DNA from: Octopus sinensis
Lineage: Eukaryota
Direction of reading: 5' to 3'
Length of the DNA: 64,000 bases
Assembly (NCBI RefSeq): GCF_006345805.1
Contig: NC_043010.1
Location: 67,828,001 to 67,892,000, forward strand
Under the pieces are notes generated by a model, which worked only from the letters and a program-made list of their open reading frames with translations, ran no database searches and was not told the DNA's origin. Shown one piece after another: positions 9,401 to 18,182 of the stretch. The stretch's first letter is position 1; each line of letters starts with the position of its first letter. A program made the translations under genes and the position numbers.

Positions 9401-11592
9401 GTAGTATCTGGAACATTGTCGAGTTTTCTCTTGTTCGTACAATCAGTCCCTAGATGTTTACCAAGCTCAACAGATTTTTCGAAGGGTTTGAAACAAAACT
9501 GGCAGACGGGATCGGAAGAATGAATTTTGCGATGACGAATCACCCAACGTGCTGACGCAAACAACTGCCAGCAATAATCACATTTGAACTTTCTTTCCTG
9601 CTCACTGGAGCTTTTCTTTGCGGTGGTGTCACTCACAGAGGAATCTTGTGTGCATGGAGTTTCTTCAGTTGAAAGCCTTTTCTTTGGACTTTCTTTCTTA
9701 GGTAGACTTACATCTGGCTTTGTTTCAGCAGATTTCAGCTGTTTGGACTTCAAAATGGTACAGACAGATAAATGTCGGCCAAATTCTGAAGATTTTTCAT
9801 ATACTTTACTGCAAACTTGACACTCGTAACTTGAAATATTTCTTGAGTGTTCTCGGCGATGACGCATAACCCACGACACCGAAGCAAAAGAAAGAAAGCA
9901 GAAATCACAAGTGTAGATTTTCCCTTGACCTTTACTGCTTCCCTCGGGTTTCGGTACTTTCTTTGGTACTTTATCAGCTACTACTACCATAGCAGGTTTA
10001 CCGGAATGGCACTTAGATAAATGATGACCAAGTTCGCAAGACCGAGAGAAAACATGTTTGCAGTTCTGGCATGTGAAAGACACTTCGGCATGATTTTTAC
10101 GATGGCGCATAATCCAAGTTACAGACCCAAACGTCAAGTGGCACACGTCACACTGGAAAATCTTCTTCTCTGTCGACTGACCATCTTCCTTGATAGTTGG
10201 ATCCATTTTACTTGAAATTTTTAATTTCTTAGCCAGTTTAGCACCAATTGTCTTTTTCAGGGTCGACTTTGTTATCCCGCTGGTCTTTGTTTTCGTCTTA
10301 AAACCAACCCGTCCGGTTTTCTTGGGTGCACCTTCAGTCTGTTTGGCATCGACAATGGTCACGTTTGTGTTTTCCTCATCAGACACCACATCGATGTTAA
10401 TTACCGCAGCACTCATGGTGGGTTTGTTATCATTGCATTTCTTCACGTCTGGAATCGTTACCTCAACAACAGCACAATCATCATCATCGTCGTCATCATC
10501 ATCATCACCACTACCACCATCATCCCTACCACCTCCGTCCTCATCATCGCCGTCATCTTCATCATCTCCCTCCTCCTCGTCAACATCCTTATGCTTATAA
10601 CTAGTAACACACATCCCGTTGTTGGTATTAAGCCCTTCGCACCGAAGAACGGTAACGTCCTCGTTTTCCGAATCCACATCACTAATCTCCACACTTTGAC
10701 TGAGGCATTCCTGGTGCTGTTTTACGACATCGTAACCTTCCGCTTGAACAGCAACATCGGGCATTTGATGGGACAGCACCAAACCGTCCAACATTGGCCT
10801 AAACGAGTCCTTTGTGCCAGCTTTATCCATTCCAGAGTCCAGTCTATTAGCTCTCAGTTCAGAAGCAACGGTCTCCAAAATACAGTCACAACTTGGACAG
10901 ATCACTTGATCTGACTCTGTCACATGGCACTGGCCTAGGTTGAAAGTAAAGCGACACGCCTCGCATTGATACATGCCTTCCGACCGCTGACTATCGACAG
11001 AGAAAGAGACACCCTTCTCTTTTTCTGCTGTGACAGGATTTTTCAGTTCAGATGATACATCAGTACTACTCATTGTGTTTAACGGCGACGCAGCATCAAA
11101 CGGCTTTGGCGTGGGATTAGGATTATCTTTGTTGGATTTATTACACTCGTCTTCTTCCATACATGTTGAGGCTGTATCAGTTTGCTCCGAATCAGAAGTG
11201 CATTGTGGCTGTGCGAGATGACTGCCGAGGAAAGTGCTATCGGGAAAGACATGCCCACAACAGTTGCAAGTTAAACTGGAGATGCCGTTTGTGTGCACAT
11301 TCAGGCGGTGTTCCATGGTTAGGGACAAATTTGAGAAAGTGTTTGTACAGAAGTCACAACGGAAGACCTTCTTGGTTTTTCTCTTCTTTTCTGTTTTTGG
11401 CTGTCGTTTGTGTCGAAGGCTGCGTCTGCGTGAATGAGAGTCAATGTGTTCGGACAGATTCGCCAAACCCCCGATCATCTTGGAACAGGTCAAGCAGCGA
11501 TAGACCTTGCCTCCGGGCGTCGACCACCGATGGATGTTGATTTCATACAACGTGGAAAATGTTTCAGAGCAGAGGTGACAGGTTTCATTTAA
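3469..11592 (-). CDS. Terminal coding exon (8124 nt, 2707 aa + stop) of a large multi-zinc-finger protein with dispersed C2H2+C2HC doublets
   Basis: 8-kb uninterrupted ORF in repeat-rich DNA, with many C-x2-C-x3-F-x8-H-x3-H motifs. The frame stays open 14 codons upstream of the track's TTG start (LNETCHLCSETFST) up to a polypyrimidine tract + CAG acceptor (tttctttctttcttcacag, AG at 11594-11593), phase 0. Confidence 0.93.
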   Translation of the reverse strand, partial: LNETCHLCSETFSTLYEINIHRWSTPGGKVYRCLTCSKMIGGLANLSEHIDSHSRRRSLRHKRQPKTEKKRKTKKVFRCDFCTNTFSNLSLTMEHRLNVHTNGISSLTCNCCGHVFPDSTFLGSHLAQPQCTSDSEQTDTASTCMEEDECNKSNKDNPNPTPKPFDAASPLNTMSSTDVSSELKNPVTAEKEKGVSFSVDSQRSEGMYQCEACRFTFNLGQCHVTESDQVICPSCDCILETVASELRANRLDSGMDKAGTKDSFRPMLDGLVLSHQMPDVAVQAEGYDVVKQHQECLSQSVEISDVDSENEDVTVLRCEGLNTNNGMCVTSYKHKDVDEEEGDDEDDGDDEDGGGRDDGGSGDDDDDDDDDDCAVVEVTIPDVKKCNDNKPTMSAAVINIDVVSDEENTNVTIVDAKQTEGAPKKTGRVGFKTKTKTSGITKSTLKKTIGAKLAKKLKISSKMDPTIKEDGQSTEKKIFQCDVCHLTFGSVTWIMRHRKNHAEVSFTCQNCKHVFSRSCELGHHLSKCHSGKPAMVVVADKVPKKVPKPEGSSKGQGKIYTCDFCFLSFASVSWVMRHRREHSRNISSYECQVCSKVYEKSSEFGRHLSVCTILKSKQLKSAETKPDVSLPKKESPKKRLSTEETPCTQDSSVSDTTAKKSSSEQERKFKCDYCWQLFASARWVIRHRKIHSSDPVCQFCFKPFEKSVELGKHLGTDCTNKRKLDNVPDTTTSACESDNAPDDVTICENDNTPDTTLCDSDNGADDVTLYEKDNTSEIAIVCESDNVTDDVILCENENDDDNNNNNNNKDNAPDVATLCNSIESIADSDESSATIKTDMTNVTTTPTNTNTNLTATTTIAINDNQTVTTGENKQVWESNFHCDYCPQSFANARWVIRHRKQHFTEENLTCQRCRGQFSRSADLGKHLAVCPQISSTQMFAESAAAAAAASYSHKPNSPEAFIRDDENTSVFSCDLCGQTYASARWVMRHRRSHSNGDSYICQNCHQVFARSVEISKHLGSCHLPTEPHSLMMNASSSMAMKNFEQNSTLNQIPNVTSTVTTSAPIVSDTDPTLWQKSVIVLGNPIHANTEVPQSEVIYENQQKGKKSFIGAKTENSLNLVKRSESHLQDDVKIFHNQNTDSSSHIGGTSETAAVVYTTTPSASALTVPSPAGFNNEVARTINKDTRTVHNMSNDKPRRQACSPLPSLSLSPPAFPPLPSLPSSVPPPPPCIPPPSLPSSSLPSPPPPPTTFAPPLVSQQLTARVLQCDFCPETFLLPSILLQHRKSHPDGSLPYQCPDCASILENQYELAGHLQDCPQKSSQPYDYSLSGNALEDPCLLKKEKGTAKFSECLKETSPKERKESWNAKPSLTINNSTLIKPSSSPTKMPLNTIASKDSYKCDYCSEGFPNASSLLRHRCRHTMSMNCRRCGKLFINLNDLAVHFSHPCSPTKKHSVPASFETKQYRCDFCQKEYGGSNWIMRHRRFHTSEKKYLCRICGYVASTPGNMAKHLSHCPWVNCKTSNNTKHLYPLPGHRELLPKPQQFKQEPNIFKNPLDLFRCTFCNEAFATESQMIQHQYVHMEINSSSSMQFNVSMKPLNLSVKKPSSSISSSANAEMRATEDAEEEPLSKPSADTPKDTSADDGSSVNNVNEPSKPVASSVMKQWNQPVNSKIFHCDFCGQAFASNNWVMRHRRLHTKESRYTCRNCGDCFDISHEMAVHLIVCKHTSTKGNSELPNRSNSNQENSNQSPNQQHQSKEIGFLMNNKMTDSSTIENHQENKIIYTCDFCGKDFGSNNWIIRHRKLHTQETIFECRVCGEGFVHSHQIASHLTSCRRPTKKDYKLAKRALMNSEALASSKLRSAGRSADCKRFLNTFPLCDFCGLHFPSRQLTVVEEGKKKCRLCIQQIHRPWKINQRKDSIPNSCNKDTGHSQSEESKQHLKLHTYDNVAAKSQLHLLPSLNQLNNTSETESTSLPSSRVPSSSGKPSDFSSFSSTVSSMQLANEKRKSSLDYQSYFNQSNEEVLLTQPNKKCKLMVGESSGNLLASSDSGNQQNIYNENKHQLKANLSSTEEYNAPLLPKTPLQAETSLSDCPSIKNNTDYLEKCQNDSPLQTNFGHSEREENRGRENVLPFKEEITFCNLGPSQSVENALKSDEKGTDAHSSDDSEYGSSLEKFAESLNLICKKSKFRCDFCEEAFAVAANLIKHRVKHISDTSLWCRNCRRILPTSQDLAQHLSWCRLQSKDSSSDGSLRQHNSDKMYKCDFCSQRFGHSLRVMKHRKDHVQEEGIFRCRRCDTVFYRSGVFADHLASCCLSRRTGYDSPRANGKTVTSPPMIIRNGTAHSWRRFVFADRQKLQRLFHCDFCRKTFAGSNWIMRHRRGHTNEMPYKCRLCSAVFIQPGCMAEHLLTCVASGSASVSGLSSGENYTSGKSLSDSSPKFVPPNQNQTKGLFRCDFCGRKFPSIKEGLLHRQCHNESFTATLHCRCCRKVCESLNDLGIHLTHCSLRKDKPNMLLHESLPANKTPKLKIPNVLQRQQQRVGDPVSKRCAVFACDICGKPFLGVPLLLEHRQSHAKEIDIHKCYNCREKLECPMSEHLLVCNSSRTYRNRDTNNNNKHSKKKSPAKHNHLKKYAEQHSAVRPSSSSSSSNSKVDMVSETQDQLSGAEDNSSETDDGSNTKFTFECCGLTFQTVDDFTNHIKCHQRWPRF

Positions 11593-11849
11593 CTGTGAAG
11601 AAAGAAAGAAAGAAAGAAAAAAAAGGGATTAGATTTAAGGGTCTATCAGATTAAATAACAAGATGTAAAGTAAAATAAAAACAAAAAAGGTAACTTATTT
11701 GTGGTTGTGTTGAAGTGCAAATGTGGTGGCATGGTAAGAAAGATTGCTTCCGAACCACATGCTTCTAGGTTCAATCCTACTTAATCCAGAACCACATGTG
11801 GCACCTTGGGGCAAATGTCCTTGACTATAGTGTAAAGTTAGTTATTACC

Positions 11850-12075
11850 TTTTTTTTTTACTGCCCACAAGGGGCTACACACAGATGGGACAAACAAGGA
11901 CAGACAAACGGATTAAGTCGATTGTATCGACCCCAGTGCGTAACTGGTACTTACTTAATCGACCCCGAAAGGATGAAAGGCAAAGTTGTCCTCGGCGTAA
12001 TTTGAACTCAGAACGTAGAGGCAGATGAAATACCGCTAAGCATTTCACCCGGCGTGCTAACGTTTCTGCCAGTTA
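11850..12075 (-). mobile_element. SINE group A, alternative (A2) tail
   Basis: Group A head and body, with tail tttgtccc..gtgt..agccccttgtgggcagtaaa. Confidence 0.8.
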
Positions 12076-12210
12076 CCTTCTCAAGCCATGCTGACTCACA
12101 AGGGCCGGTTTCTTGGTTTCTATGGTGTCTAAAATCCCCACCCCTGGATGGGATGCCGGCCTGTTGCAGGATTACTCCATTTTGCCAGCTGAGTGGACTG
12201 GAGCAACGTG

Positions 12211-12713
12211 AGGCACAGGAGTGGCTGTGTGGTAAGTAGCTTGCTTACGAATCACATGGATCCGGGTTCAGTCCCACTGCGTGGCACCTTTGGCAAGTGT
12301 CCGAAAGAAGCCCGTCGTATATATGTATCTATAATATATGTATGTCTGTGTTTGTCCCCCCAACATCGCTTGACAACCGATACTGGTGTGTTTACGTCCC
12401 TGTAACTTAGCAATTCAGCAAAAGAGACTGATAGAATAAGTACTAGGCTTACAAAGAATAAGTCCTGGGGTTGATTTGCTCAACTAAAGGCGGAACAAAC
12501 ACAGACACACAAACATATACACACTACCACATGTATATATACATATATACGACGGGTTTCTTTCAGTTTCTGCCTACCAAATCCACTCACAAAGCTTTGG
12601 TCAGCCCGGGGCTATAGTAGAAGGCACTTGCCCAAAGTACCACGCAGTGGGAATGAACCTGGAACCATGTGGTTGGTAAGCAAGCTACTTACCACACAGC
12701 CACTCCTGTGCCT
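12211..12713. mobile_element. Two SINE group B copies in opposite orientation (12211-12495 +, 12545-12713 -)
   Basis: aggcacaggagtggctgtgtggtaagtagc at 12211 and its reverse complement ending at 12713. Confidence 0.85.
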
Positions 12714-12892
12714 GAAATTTTGAGTGAACCTATCTGATTTTTGCAGTGAAAGGGTTAAGTTAGGGACTTATTCTGTTGGTCTCTTAAGCAGACTGCTAAG
12801 TTAAGGGGACATTGACAAACCAATATGAGTTGTCAAGCAGTAGGAGGCACAAATACATATATGTGTGACAGGTTCCCAGTTTCAACATCATC

Positions 12893-13095
12893 ATAATCAT
12901 CCTTATTTAGCGTTTGCTTTCCATGCTGGCATGGGTTGGACAGCTTCAAAGGAGCTGGCAAGCTGAAGGGCTGCCGAAGGCTCTAATTTTCTGATTCGGC
13001 ATGGTTTCTACAGCTTGATGCCCTTCCTAATACTAACCACTTTACAGAATGTACCGGGTGTTTTTATGTGGCACCAGCACAGGTGCTTCCAACCA
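12893..13095 (-). mobile_element. RTE LINE 3' UTR/tail fragment with (GAT)n end
   Basis: Same ccatgctagcatgg/ggatgcccttcct sequence that follows the RTE ORF remnant at 35280-36075. Confidence 0.7.
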
Positions 13096-13198
13096 CAAGG
13101 CATTGGCCAACCAGGTGCTATAATTGAAACCACTTGTCCTAGGTACTGCGCAGCAGGACTGAATCTAAAACTATGGGAATGCAAAGTGACTTATTTTC

Positions 13199-13638
13199 TT
13201 AACCCTTTCCTTACCAACCCGGCTGAAACTGGCTCTGGCTCTGAGTACAAATGTCTTGTTTTCATAAGTTTAGTCACAATTTATGCTGAATGATAACTAA
13301 GTTATTTTACTAAATTTTTAGTTATATTTAAAATTAATTGAAAGAAACACAGAGCATCTCAAAATAAATACAGTAATGAAAGGGTTAAAATATATAATAG
13401 AGAAGCAATTCTTAACCCTTTTGATACCAAGCTGGCTGAAACCAGCTCTGGCTCTGAGTACATATGTCTTGTTTTCATAAGTTTTGAATTAAAATCTTCC
13501 ACCAAACCTTAGCCACAATTTATGTTCCTAACACTAGCTGAATGATAACTAAGTTATTTTACTAAATTCTTTGTTATATTTAAAGTTATTGAAAGAACAC
13601 AGAGCATCTCAAAATAAATACAGTAATGAAAGGGTTAA
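13199..13638 (-). mobile_element. Two tandem piggyBac-like MITEs (family F): 13203-13384 and 13416-13634
   Basis: Each is bounded by TTAA|CCCTTT...AAAGGG|TTAA. Further copies at 25799 and 32990. Confidence 0.85.
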
Positions 13639-13783
13639 GGGACTCTGGATGGAAGGTGTTGACCTGGGGCTACACAATGACAAAATGCATAATTCAATAA
13701 CAAGAAAAATGTGAGTTTTGGTGGTGGTGGTGGTAATGAAGACATGGTGGAGAATAGGACAAGATAAGTTGTGCCTGTCATAC

Positions 13784-14209
13784 CTTAGTTACATCAACAT
13801 GTCTGTTGTTGCTGCTTTGTACACTATTGTCGTCCTCTTCCTCGTCTTCCTCTTCCTCATCCTCTTGGGAAGATGTCGCATTATTACTGCACAAATGGTG
13901 ATTCAGCCGAGTGGTTTCGCTGAAGGTCTGCAGACAGACCTGGCACTGGATCAAAACCTGCAGGCTGTGGCAGTGCCGCATGTGTATCCTGAACTTGCTC
14001 ATGGCTGTCGATGGGAATGTCTGGTGGCACAGAACGCAGCAAATGTCAGACTTCTCACAAGACACTGAAGAAGAGGATTTCGCCGGCTGTTCTTTGACTG
14101 TGGCATCATCAGCTTCCTGCTCTCCTAGCTTTGGGGTGTGGGTTCGCTTTTGCTGCCATTTTGAGGATGGTTCCTCTGACATGCCGTCTTCTGAAGAACA
14201 ATCTGCCAT
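13784..14209 (-). CDS. First coding exon (142 aa) of the same zinc-finger gene
   Basis: ATG at 14209 in gcaATGG context, with an in-frame upstream TGA at 14227-14225. Encodes a C2H2 (CVLC..HMRHCH) + C2HC (CQVC..HHLC) doublet and an acidic tract. Ends AAG|GTATGA, phase 0, matching the acceptor at 11592. Spliced product 2849 aa. Confidence 0.85.
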
Positions 14210-14354
14210 TGCTGGCTCAAATATTCAGTCTCTTCACAAATTTTTTTTGTACCTGTTCTATATTTTAAAATTTTTTGTGTCTTTTATATATTTCTTTTTA
14301 TTTCTGTTTCAAAGAATATCCAGTGACTTGTTTAGCAGTATCTGGAAACATCTC
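14210..14354 (-). other. Probable 5' UTR portion of the ATG exon, preceded by a splice acceptor (implies an unseen upstream non-coding exon)
   Basis: Strong polypyrimidine tract ttttttctcttttttttttatttgacAG, with AG at 14356-14355. Confidence 0.55.
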
Positions 14355-14425
14355 CTGTCAAATAAAAAAAAAGAGAAAAAATCAGAAAAGCATTCTAAAT
14401 TATTAAAATTTTATTTTACATAAAA

Positions 14426-14803
14426 TTAAACTTCAGTATTCAGATTACCCTGTCAAATATAATGTTTATTTAGTTACACTGTTTTGAATTAATCATGTAT
14501 TATACACAATCCCTATTGATCGTCCCCACTTTTTTTCCACGATCCCTGGAATTCGACCCTTTTTTTTCCTTCTCTTCTTCCCAAAAAGAAAAGTTCTACT
14601 TTGTATTTTGTCCCTTCTGTGTTTAGCCCTGTGTGGCCAATAAAGAAATCTATCTCATATCTTTGAAATTCTGATGGTATGATTGTTAATTTTTTTTAGA
14701 AAGACATTGTAGGATAGGCATAAGAGGCTGGATCTAGCCTGTTTGAATATAAAACAGAGAATATTCGGGCCAGATATTGTAGGTTTAAATGCTAAAGGGT
14801 TAA
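14426..14803 (+). mobile_element. piggyBac-like MITE (family G) interrupted by a ~145-bp retroposon tail
   Basis: Ends atgctaaagggttaa and is homologous to 60366-60591. Insert ~14505-14650 ends agccctgtgtggccaataaagaaat. Confidence 0.6.
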
Positions 14804-15531
14804 AAATGTCAAAGAAAAAAGAAGTAGAAGGATAATTATCATCAAGGTGTCATGCAGTGGGACTGAACCTGGAACCATGTGCTTGGTAAGCAAGCTACTT
14901 ACCACACAGCCACTCCTACGCCTATAAAAATTATCCTTTTAAAAGAGGTATTTTTGCCTATTTAGCACACACATTCATGCAACCCTTTCCAGCTATTTAA
15001 GGGCTGAGTTACCCAAATGAAGACAATATTATTGTAATGAAAGGTCACATGATGGCTTTAGGAAGAGAATAAAATGATTGTTTTTTTTGTTTAATAGTGG
15101 TAGTGGTGGTGGTGGTGGACTGAATTGTAAGACAGATGGACACACAGACAGACAAACAGATAATAAAACAATAATATTATTACAAACTCCAGCATGGTGG
15201 CGACGTAAAACTTCACACAAACTCATTGACGACCAGATTATATCTGGGTGATTAAAATGCTTTATTAATCACTTTAGTTGATGCGATACAGAGATTTGAG
15301 TTCCTCCCCCACTACCCCACCCCTTGACAACTGTCTCATCTTTATTACTCCCCTCTGCACCCCTGCCAACTCGCTCATCCACCCTTCAAACCCTACCCAT
15401 TTCGATAGTCTGTCTCCCCCACCCCACCGCACCTCCATCACCTCATTACAATCTTGCAAACCAATTTCTTCAACTCATCTTGTGCCTTGTGGGGCTACCA
15501 AGACATTATTATTATTATTATTATTATTATT

Positions 15532-16630
15532 AAGGTAGTGAGCTAGCACAATCATTAGCATGCTGGGCAAAACGCTTAGAGATATTTCTTCGTCTGCCGC
15601 CAACGTTCTGAGTTCAAATTCCACCAAGGTTGACTTTGCCTTTCATCCTTTCAGGGCCAATAAAATAAGTACCGGTTGTGCACTGGTGTCGATGTAACTG
15701 ACCTAACCCCTTCCCCAAAATTGCTGCTCTAGTGGCAAAATTTGAAGCCATTATTATTATTATTACTATTATTATCATCATTACTATTATTATCATTACT
15801 ATTATTATTATTATTATTATTACTATTATTATTATCATTACTATTATTATTATTACTATTATTATTACTATTATTATCATCATTACTATTATTATTATCA
15901 TTACTATTATTATTATTATTATTACTATTATTATTATTATTACTATTATTATTATTATGGCAGTGGGCTGGCAGAATCGTTAGCACACAGGGCAACATGC
16001 TTAACAGCATTTCGTCTGCCTGCATGATCTGAGTTCAAACTTCACTGAGGTTGACTTATCCTCTCAATATTGATAAATTAAGTACCAGTGAAACACTGGG
16101 GTTGATGTAATTGACTCGTCCCCTTGACACAAATTTCAGGCCTTGTGCCTTTAGCAGAAAGGCTAATTATCATTATCATTATCAAAGGCGGTGAGCTGGC
16201 GGAATCATTAGCATGCTGGGCGAAATGCTTAACTGTATTTTGTCTGCTGCTACATTCTGAGTTCAAATTCCGCCGAGGTCTACTTTGCCTTTCATCCTTT
16301 CGGGGTCGATAAATTAAATACCAGTTTCGCACAGGGGTTGATGTAATCGACTTAATCCCTTTGTCTGTCCTTGTTTGTCCCCTCTGTGTTTAGCCACTTG
16401 TGGGCAAAAAAAAAAAAAAAAGGCAGTGAACTGGCAGAATTGTTAGCATGCTGGGCAAAATGCTTAGCGGTATTTTGTCTGCTGCTACATTCTGAGTTCA
16501 AATTTCGCCAAGGTCGACTTTGCCTTTCATCTTTACGGGGTCGCTAAATTAAATAACAGTTGAGTACTGGGGTCGTTGTAATCGACTATCCCCCTCCCCC
16601 AAATTTCAGGCCTTGTGCCTATAGTATAAA
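15532..16630 (+). mobile_element. Cluster of four SINE group A copies (three tail types) around an (ATT)n tract at ~15750-15957
   Basis: Repeated head (consensus ggcggtgagctggcagaatcgttagc) and body, with differing 3' tails. Confidence 0.85.
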
Positions 16631-16904
16631 GGATCATCGTTATCATTCATCTCTTGCAATTCCCGCTGTTCATTTTCTCTTTCTCATCCTTTCCCCTACA
16701 AGTTGTGAGTAGCCTTGCAGATCCTTGACAACAGGGGTTCTCAACCAGAGTTCATATGGCCCTCAGGGTCCCACATAAGATTTTGTTGTTAAAGTTTATG
16801 TGCAATAAATTGCTTATGTTTCTACTATACACAAAATGTTTTAATAACATTGTTTATACACAGACAAAAAGTGGTTGAGTACCACTACTTCACAAGAAGC
16901 TATA

Positions 16905-17225
16905 CTCATCATCATTGTTCGACTGTGGTTGAGACAATGGAATTTACTATGTTACGCCAGACTTCACGGTCCATCATAGCATTACGGAGGTCCTGTTGCT
17001 GGATGCCTGTATCCCTGGAGATTACATCAGGGTAGGAGAGCGTGTGCCCTCTGGTATCGCGAGCAGATGGCTTCCAGAGGAGAAGAGCAGAAATTACCTC
17101 GTTTTTCAGCTCTACAACAATGTCCAGCAAACTGGACTCTTCTACCTTTCACAAGAGATGATACAGGTGGTAGTTTCCCATATATTTGTACTTTGGTTGG
17201 ATGGCACTTCCATGATTGCATGCAA
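16905..17225 (-). mobile_element. RTE/RTEX-clade LINE 3' fragment (frameshifted ORF C-terminus)
   Basis: Translates SWKCHPTKVQIYGKLPPVSSLVKGRRVQFAGHC / ISALLLWKP..YPDVISRDTG..MMDREVWR and ends in a TGATGATGA tail. Confidence 0.75.
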
Positions 17226-17467
17226 CAAGGTCTCTCAAGAAAGAAGCTATACTACCCTCACCCCAACCCTTCTCATAGTTCAATCTCTACATCACCTATC
17301 ACGAAGCCCCCACCTTACCCACCGGCTAAAGTTCAGCGAGCTGCATGGTGGCCTCACTAGTGTAAGCAGCATGTAAAAGGCACCAAGTCTGCGCAGTAAA
17401 GTGTGGGATGTTAAGAGCCTTCAGCCATGGAAATCATACCAATACAGGCACTGGAACAGATTGCAGT

Positions 17468-17660
17468 CCTTGACTTGACTTGAGACAGCATTCACCCGGG
17501 GTGGGTTGAGCTGGCTTCATTCATCCTCAATGCTGCATCTCTCACAAACGCCGACCAGGCCTGGCGATTTGAGGCTAACGACTGTGTGATCTCCAACCAC
17601 TCCTTATTCCAGCGGCGTATATTGGCGTTGCAGTCCTTGGGCCTCATTGGATCCAGTCAA
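17468..17660 (-). mobile_element. RTE-type LINE 3' end with (CAAGT)n tail
   Basis: Reverse complement of 18645-18790. Encodes WLEITQSLASNRQAWSAFVRDA..PG*. Confidence 0.7.
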
Positions 17661-18182
17661 ACTGTCCAACCCATTCCAGCATGGTAAAAAAAAAAATACA
17701 GACATTAAATGATGACAACTGTCTCACAACATATGTTCAATCAGAAAGGGAGAGCGTTTTGAAACTTGTGGCAGTAACAAAGAAGATTGACAACAAGGTT
17801 ATTAGAATTGCAAAACAGATACGATTTAAATAAGTATATGCTAACGATGTGTCACGATGTGAATACAGTCATAAGAAATAAATGGGTTATGGAAGGTGCC
17901 TTGTTTGAATCCTGCAGGTAGCTTTTCCCCCAACCCCAACTTTTTTAATTTTTTTCCCCATCCAAAGATCTCAATGGATTATAAAGAAGAAGAAGAATTT
18001 GCTTCAAGATGCAACATTAAATGAAGACATATTTACATATTTTTCAATGCATCTACATTGGTATTCTAAAAGTAATATAATTTAAAATTTATTAAGAATT
18101 ATATTGAGAGCTCATAGTATACTATATATATATATATATATATTGATAAAACGGTAAGATAACAAAAGAAAGAAAGAGACCT

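Larger units (their letters stand above)
11593..13783 (-). other. GT-AG intron (2191 nt) of the zinc-finger gene, filled with SINEs and MITEs
   Basis: Donor GTATGA at 13783, acceptor ttcacAG at 11593, phases compatible. Confidence 0.85.

Noticed and set aside
3554-11540. Many short ORFs overlapping the zinc-finger exon on either strand
   Set aside because: Shadow ORFs of a long coding exon; no independent motifs.
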